NCBI GenBank assembly: GCA_009692845.1
Contig: SHYK01000003.1
Coordinates: 3,956 to 67,955 of the forward strand
DNA from: Chloroflexota bacterium
Lineage (GTDB): Bacteria > Chloroflexota > UBA6077 > SHYK01
Direction: 5' to 3'
DNA: 64,000 nucleotides
Shown: piece by piece, positions 59,137-64,000 of the stretch
Numbering within the stretch: the stretch's first letter is position 1
Layout: each line of letters opens with the position of its first letter
Program-made: the position numbers and the translations under genes
The notes under the pieces: generated by a model
Told to the model about the DNA's origin: nothing
The model's input: the letters and a program-made list of their open reading frames with translations, nothing else
Databases searched by the model: none

Positions 59137-60966
59137 TTGCTGGTTGCCAGCATGCTCGCCCTGGCTTCGGCGGGCTTCGATTTTTGGGCGGTTCGGCTCC
59201 GCCACAGCCAATACGACACCTATACCTTTGACCTTGGGCTGCTGGTCCAAGTCACCTGGAACAACCTGCACGGACAGTGGTTCCAGACGACGATCCTGCC
59301 GTTCAATTATCTGGCTGAGCACGTTACTCCCTCGCTGGTTGTGACGGCACCGGTATTTCTGGTTTGGCCGAGCGCCGAAGCACTGTTGGCTCTCCAATCG
59401 ATTGCGATTGGGTTGGCGGGCTTTGGCATCTATTGGAGTGCCCAAAAGCGAACCGGCGATGTGGCTTCCGGGTTGTTGCTCCAAATTGCCTTTTCGGTGG
59501 CCCCAGCGACCGGCTGGGTGGTGCGGGACGAGTTTCATCCGATAGCTCTGGCCATGCCGGCGCTCACTTTGGGAACGGCGTTACTCTGGAGGGGACGACT
59601 CGCCCTCGCCGCGATTGTGGTGGGAGCGGGCCTCCTCGCGAATGAGGACGCGGCATTGTTGGCAGCGCCATTCGGCCTGCTCATTGCCTGGCTTGGTCGG
59701 GGTTGGGGTCGGTTATGGGGATTCGGCCTCACCGTCGGGTCAGTTGCGCTGCTAGCGGGGTACTTCCTGGTCGTCGTTCCCACGCTGCGACCGGCGGAGC
59801 TGGGCGAGCAGCTACCTCACCCGGACTTGCGGCAGTTCATCGAATGCGGAACGAACACGATGGAAGTCGTGAGCTGCCTGGTCGACCCGGGGAAGACCAT
59901 TGCTCGGGGGACTACGGCCGGCGACCGAGAGGCAGTGGTGAGCCTCATTGGTCCGACGCTTGGGCTCGGGCTGCTGGGTCCGTCTTTCCTGGTGGCGATC
60001 CCCCGCTGGCTGGTGCTGCTGCTGGGCCTTGATCCGCCGCTCATTCATGCCCACTATGTGGCGCTCCTAGTAACTGCTGCCTACCTGGCTACGGCCGAGG
60101 GGTTGTCCTGGTTGCGCCGAGTCCCCGGGTTTCCCCGGCTGGGTGCAGTTGCCGTGGCAGTCGCGTCGGTTTACGCGTTCGTGGCCGGATCGCCGCTTCC
60201 AGGAGGGGGCGCCTATCGTCCTCCGGCGACAGCGGTTCAGGGACGGGTCGAGGCGATCGACCGCGCGGTTGCCCTGGTCCCCGCAGATGCGGACGTGTCG
60301 GTGGCCGCGACCAGCTCCATCCTTCCGCACGTCGCGCTGCGGTCGAACGTACAGCTTCCGGTCAACCTCTGGTGTCAGGCCCCGGATTTCCAGGTGGTCG
60401 ACCTACGGGATGGATACCCCACGACTACTCCCGTGCTGCGCCGATATATGGCCCAGGCGGCGGATGATCCCGCGTATCAGACGTTGTTCAACGAGGCCGA
60501 CCTGCTGGTCCTGCAGCGGATCAAGCTCGGCGGCGAGACTTCACGGAATGACTTGTTCTCGGGGGCTTTACGCCTGACTGGAGCAAATGTGTTAGCGCGC
60601 GGCGATCAACTGGGGGTGCATCTGGTGTGGCGCAAGGAGGCTCCCGTCAGCCGCAATTATCACTACTTCATCCATCTACTGGGCTCAGACCAGCCACCGG
60701 GCTCAGACCAGCCACCGGGCTCAGACCAGCCACCGGGCTCAGACCAGGCGATTTACTCGCAGTCCGACGGCGAGGTGCGGGCGGGAGTCTTCAGTCTGGC
60801 GGACTGGGACCCGAACTGTCCGATGGAATTTGGGGTCACGTTGTCGGCCCCGAATCGCAGTGAATGGTCGCGGTACCATCTCGAGATCGGCTGGTACGAT
60901 CTCGATACCGGAGACCGGCTGCGGCTCACCGATGGCGCCGACCATGTGAATCTGTCGCTTCCCTAG
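59137..60966 (+). CDS. DUF2079-like polytopic membrane protein (GT-C-like) containing a hexapeptide tandem repeat
   Basis: YDTYTFDLGLLVQVTWNNLHGQWF...LAEHVTPSL is the DUF2079 pattern. The C-terminal domain is ...HLVWRKEAPVSRNYHYFIHLLG-(SDQPPG)n-...WYDLDTGDRLRL. TTG start. Confidence 0.6.
   Translation: MLVASMLALASAGFDFWAVRLRHSQYDTYTFDLGLLVQVTWNNLHGQWFQTTILPFNYLAEHVTPSLVVTAPVFLVWPSAEALLALQSIAIGLAGFGIYWSAQKRTGDVASGLLLQIAFSVAPATGWVVRDEFHPIALAMPALTLGTALLWRGRLALAAIVVGAGLLANEDAALLAAPFGLLIAWLGRGWGRLWGFGLTVGSVALLAGYFLVVVPTLRPAELGEQLPHPDLRQFIECGTNTMEVVSCLVDPGKTIARGTTAGDREAVVSLIGPTLGLGLLGPSFLVAIPRWLVLLLGLDPPLIHAHYVALLVTAAYLATAEGLSWLRRVPGFPRLGAVAVAVASVYAFVAGSPLPGGGAYRPPATAVQGRVEAIDRAVALVPADADVSVAATSSILPHVALRSNVQLPVNLWCQAPDFQVVDLRDGYPTTTPVLRRYMAQAADDPAYQTLFNEADLLVLQRIKLGGETSRNDLFSGALRLTGANVLARGDQLGVHLVWRKEAPVSRNYHYFIHLLGSDQPPGSDQPPGSDQPPGSDQAIYSQSDGEVRAGVFSLADWDPNCPMEFGVTLSAPNRSEWSRYHLEIGWYDLDTGDRLRLTDGADHVNLSLP
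60681..60747 (+). repeat. Perfect 18-bp tandem repeat, ~3.7 copies, in frame
   Basis: gggctcagaccagccacc occurs three times and is followed by gggctcagaccag. It encodes GSDQPP-GSDQPP-GSDQPP-GSDQ. Confidence 0.9.
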
Positions 60967-60992
60967 GTGTCAAGCATGGATTTGGCTTGCGC

Positions 60993-61021
60993 TTGACGAC
61001 GGCGCGACCAACCCATATGAT
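60993..61021 (+). promoter_or_regulatory. Putative sigma-70-type lexA promoter
   Basis: TTGACG (60993-60998), a 17-nt spacer, then TATGAT (61016-61021). Confidence 0.5.
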
Positions 61022-61027
61022 GAGTGA

Positions 61028-61039
61028 GAACAAACGTTC
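61028..61039. promoter_or_regulatory. LexA operator (Cheo box)
   Basis: GAACAAACGTTC fits GAAC-N4-GTTC. It lies 6 nt downstream of the putative -10 and 25 nt upstream of the lexA ATG. Confidence 0.7.
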
Positions 61040-61063
61040 CGAACATCAGGACGAGGGGGGCCC

Positions 61064-61675
61064 ATGCGTGAGTTGAGCGAGCGGCAGGATCGAATGCTTC
61101 GCTTCATTGGTGACTATCTCGACGAGCATGGACGGCCTCCGACGGTCCGTGAAATAGGCCATGCCGCCGGTATTAGCTCCACCTCGGTCGTGGATTACAA
61201 CCTGCGAGTTCTCGAGCGCGACGGCCTGCTGAAGCGTGATCGAGAGCTCTCCCGGGGCATTGACCTGGTCAATCGTCGCCGCCCGAATTCGATTCGAGTC
61301 GTGGGGCTCATCGCGGCAGGCGAGCCGATCGAAGCGATCGACGATGGTGAGGACGTCGTTGAGGTTTCGCAGCGATTCGTCCAGGACGGTTGTTATGCGC
61401 TTCGGGTCAAGGGAACGTCGATGATCGAAGACCAGATCGACGACGGAGACATCGTGGTCGTGCGCCCGCAGGCCACCGCCGACGATGGCGACACGGTGGT
61501 GGCGTTGGTGACCTCTGGTCCATCCTTAACGGGGGCAGCGACCCTGAAGCGGCTATACCGAGAGCCGGATCGGATCCGCCTGCAGCCGCGGAATGCGGCC
61601 TTGTCGCCGATCTACGTCAACCCGGGCGACCTGACCATCCAAGGGAAGGTCGTTTCCGTTATCAAGAACTTTTAG
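61064..61675 (+). CDS. lexA: LexA repressor
   Basis: Winged-helix N-terminus (PTVREIGHAAGISSTSVVDYNLRVLERDGLL). The cleavage-site region is AAGEP. The S24 Ser/Lys dyad context is VKGTSM ... TLKR. Confidence 0.95.
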   Translation: MRELSERQDRMLRFIGDYLDEHGRPPTVREIGHAAGISSTSVVDYNLRVLERDGLLKRDRELSRGIDLVNRRRPNSIRVVGLIAAGEPIEAIDDGEDVVEVSQRFVQDGCYALRVKGTSMIEDQIDDGDIVVVRPQATADDGDTVVALVTSGPSLTGAATLKRLYREPDRIRLQPRNAALSPIYVNPGDLTIQGKVVSVIKNF

Positions 61676-61723
61676 AGGAAGGCCCGCCCGCCCCATCTAA
61701 TCGGGGGCGGAGCCCCGAAACCC
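61675..61723 (+). repeat. Bipartite post-stop GC-rich element (closest to the consensus)
   Basis: gaggaaggcccgcccgccccatctaatcgggggcggagccccgaaaccc. It overlaps the final G of the lexA TAG. Confidence 0.75.
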
Positions 61724-61888
61724 ACGCCCGGAGAACTGGCGTCTGCCCGATAAACTTGCGGGCCCCAGCTGCGGACGCCGTACGAGAGTTGGCCCGCCTG
61801 AACCCCTGGCGAGATTTGTGGTATTGAGATCGAGCTAACCTAGGCAGGTCCTTAAGCCGGGATTGATGCCTCGGCCGCCCATCTCAGC

Positions 61889-62304
61889 CTAGGCTTTGCG
61901 CTCCAGAATAACCACCGGAATCTGCCGGGTGGTCTTCGCCTGGTAATCCCCAAACTGCGGGTACAGCTTGGCTTGCCGCGCATAAAGTTCGTGTCGCTCA
62001 GCGCCCTGGCCACCGACGCTTGCGCCTCGAAGGTCTCCGTTCCGACTTCGACGGTAACGTTCGGATTTGCTACCAGATTGTGATACCAGTCGGGACTGGT
62101 GGGCGCGCCACCCCTCGACTCGAACACGAGCAGGCGCTCTCCATCCTGCAGGTACATAACCGGGGTGGTGCGCCGCTGGCCGGTCTTGCGGCCCGTCGTC
62201 GTGAGCAGCACCAACGGCCGGTCAGCGCCAAATGAGGCAGATCGCCCGCCGCTGGCGCGGAACTCTTCGATGACTCTCTGGTTGCGGTCGTTCGGTTGGC
62301 TCAT
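61889..62304 (-). pseudogene. Deazaflavin (F420)-dependent nitroreductase-family (DDN-like) gene with a frameshift
   Basis: The N-terminal 100 aa are typical (VIEEFRASGG...LLTTTGRKTGQRRTTPVMY...PDWYHNLVANP). After ~62005-62020 the family C-terminus continues in another frame (GQGAERHELYARQAKLYPQFGDYQAKTTRQIPVVILERKA*, stop 61889-61891). Confidence 0.7.
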
Positions 62305-62356
62305 GCCTACTCCTAAGTCGCGGAAGGGACGCTCGTCGAACCGGCTAAGCCCAGAA

Positions 62357-62662
62357 TTACCAAACTGCTTGGTTCAACCGGACCATACCAGTATCGTCGA
62401 CCTGCCCGATACGCGCCCTGAGTCGAGTCCGACGCACCGTCGTGATCTTGTCCGCCCTGACTCGCGAAAGCACGTCGAGCCCAGTGAGTTCGTTCGGCTC
62501 GATCGGAATTCTGACCAACGGAGCGTCATCCGGGTCAGGCCTTTAGGGGACAGTCGGTGACAGAGTCGGTAGCGTCGAACCGATCATCCTTTAAGACCAC
62601 GACCGGTCGCGGCTTCCCACACAGTCGCCCCCGCCGGTCACCGTCCAGATTTCCCCTCTCAT
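62357..62662 (-). pseudogene. mazF: PemK/MazF-family toxin gene carrying two compensating frameshifts
   Basis: The start frame reads MRGEIWTVTGGGDC. A shifted frame reads GKPRPVVVLKDDRFDATDSVTDCPL. The sequence then returns to the start frame with PDPDDAPLVRIPIEPNELTGLDVLSRVRADKITTVRRTRLRARIGQVDDTGMVRLNQAVW*. The ATG overlaps the antitoxin stop (ATGA). Confidence 0.7.
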
Positions 62663-62883
62663 TGTTCATTGAAGACGGAGATGCTGTCGACGAAGTCCTG
62701 GTCTTCCTTGGCGTGGGGACTCCGGGCGACGATCAGAGACTGGTGATGGGCCTCGGCGGCGAACGCGGACGAACGAGTGTCCGGCACCCAGATCTGGATC
62801 GGGCGCAACCCTTGCTGCCGCAGACGGGCGTGATGCGCGCGGACCTTGTGTTGAGATGGCCTTGGATGAGGTGACGCCGGCAT
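62659..62883 (-). CDS. mazE: MazE-like antitoxin (DUF3018-type)
   Basis: VRAHHARLRQQGLRPIQIWVPDTRSSAFAAEAHHQSLIVARSPHAKEDQDFVDSIS matches the ...RLRaqGLRPvQIWVPD.R...F..EA.rQs pattern of this antitoxin family. Confidence 0.7.
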   Translation of the reverse strand: MPASPHPRPSQHKVRAHHARLRQQGLRPIQIWVPDTRSSAFAAEAHHQSLIVARSPHAKEDQDFVDSISVFNEQ

Positions 62884-63016
62884 TCGTGGACTCCAAGATT
62901 TCGTTACATGTGACTTACCATGGCGGCTCGAGCCGAGGCGAGTTGCAAGGCTGAGGGGTCCGGTCCTCTATATTGAAGCCCATCATGCGTGCTGAGTCTT
63001 GTCTTCAGGTGAAGTC

Positions 63017-64000
63017 GTGAGCTTTGATGAGCTTCCCGCGATCGCGCTGGTTCAGATGGACGTCAAGCTGGGTCGGCCGGATATGAACGCGGCTCGAATG
63101 CTGGAGTTCATTGCGCAGGCTCGCGACGGCGGGGCGGAGCTGGTGGTCTTCTCGGAGATGTGCCTGAGCGGCTACCTGATCGGGGATCTCTGGGAAGTTG
63201 ACACGCTGGTCGAGGATTTTGCCGGTTATAGCGAGATGATCCGGGAGGCGAGCCAGGGCCTCGCAGTGCTGTTCGGGAATGTCGTCGTCGATCGCGAGCA
63301 TATCGGTGAGGACGGCCGGCTTCGGAAGTTCAACGCGGTTGTGGTCTGCAACGACGGCGGTTATGTGGCCCGGCCGAGCCTTCCAGTCGGTTTACCGGAC
63401 GGCGTCCATCCCAAGACGCTCCACCCGAACTATCGGTTCTTCGACGACGATCGCCATTTCTATTCGTTGCGCAAGCTGGCCGATGCTCAGGGACGGTCGG
63501 TTGATGACTGGCTGGTTCCGTTCGAAATTCCCCGACGCACAGGCGGGACGTTCCGGTTTGGCGTCCAGCTGTGTGAGGACATCTGGTGCCAGGATTACTC
63601 CTACGACGAGGAGATCCTGGATACCCTGAAGATCTATCAATTGCGGGGGGCTCAGGCCGTATTCAATCTGTCCGCCTCTCCCTGGACCTGGCAGAAGAGC
63701 GACAAGCGAAACCGGGTCATTCGAGATATTCTGGGACGTTCGCCATTGCCATTCTTCTACGTCAACCAGGTGGGAGCCCAGAATAACGGCAAGAACATCA
63801 TTGTGTTCGACGGAGATACGACGGCGTATGCGCCGGATGGCCAAATCATGGCCCGCACCAAGCCATGGGGGGAGCAGCTCCTATTGACCTGCTCTGCCGA
63901 ACCGGTGCCGCCGCCGCAAACCGAGATCGAGGCCATTTACGACGCGGTGCTGACTGGACTGCGTCATCTCGATCACATCCGGGGCAGCCAGAACCGCTTC
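63017..64000 (+). CDS. nadE: Glutamine-dependent NAD+ synthetase, N-terminal (nitrilase/CN-hydrolase) part; 3' end off-window
   Basis: The frame is open from 62996 to the window edge and is absent from the ORF track because no stop is reached. CN-hydrolase motifs are present: LVVFSEMCLSGY, FNAVVV and VQLCEDIW. It continues into ...IYDAVLTGLRHL. The start guess is the GTG at 63017; a TTG at 62999 is also possible. Confidence 0.8.
   Translation, partial: MSFDELPAIALVQMDVKLGRPDMNAARMLEFIAQARDGGAELVVFSEMCLSGYLIGDLWEVDTLVEDFAGYSEMIREASQGLAVLFGNVVVDREHIGEDGRLRKFNAVVVCNDGGYVARPSLPVGLPDGVHPKTLHPNYRFFDDDRHFYSLRKLADAQGRSVDDWLVPFEIPRRTGGTFRFGVQLCEDIWCQDYSYDEEILDTLKIYQLRGAQAVFNLSASPWTWQKSDKRNRVIRDILGRSPLPFFYVNQVGAQNNGKNIIVFDGDTTAYAPDGQIMARTKPWGEQLLLTCSAEPVPPPQTEIEAIYDAVLTGLRHLDHIRGSQNRF

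Overview
This is a visibly GC-rich bacterial chromosomal window with one tRNA and no rRNA or CRISPR array. The backbone is housekeeping. It includes a fused accD/accA, dnaE, gatC-gatA and gatB, msrB, purU, infA, lepA, rpsT, lexA and the 5' part of nadE. Transport and metabolism genes sit between them: a family-5 SBP, a LigB-type dioxygenase, two DAG-kinase-like lipid kinases, an APC permease, an NDH-2 fused to a cNMP domain, a PanB-like gene, an amidohydrolase, NirK plus a cupredoxin, a class II aldolase, an MFS transporter and an AKR.

Five things stand out.

1. At ~12.8-17.8 kb there is an accessory patch. A type I R-M operon has decayed to fragments around one intact, translationally coupled DUF262/DUF1524 (GmrSD-like) gene. 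An Rnl2-type RNA ligase-like gene lies next to it.

2. The gatCA and gatB genes are separated by a 979-codon effector-less STAND (AAA_16 + TPR) gene and a repeat-filled spacer.

3. The window holds six GT-C-fold or DUF2079 membrane glycosyltransferase-like genes, including a start/stop-overlapping tandem pair. Four lie in a ~12-kb run (42.6-54.6 kb) that also carries a signal-peptide protein and small toxin-type genes (Uma2, HicA-like).

4. At least three GC-rich dispersed repeat families are present. One is a bipartite element that sits directly after stop codons.

5. There are many gene lesions: frameshifts in the ndh-cNMP, MATE, phosphoesterase, DDN-like and mazF-like genes, and two in-frame TAG codons. 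They indicate either real gene decay or indel-type assembly errors.

A Cheo-type LexA box (GAAC-N4-GTTC) overlaps the lexA promoter, and a second one lies upstream of dnaE. All functional calls come from motifs read in the translations. No database search was possible.
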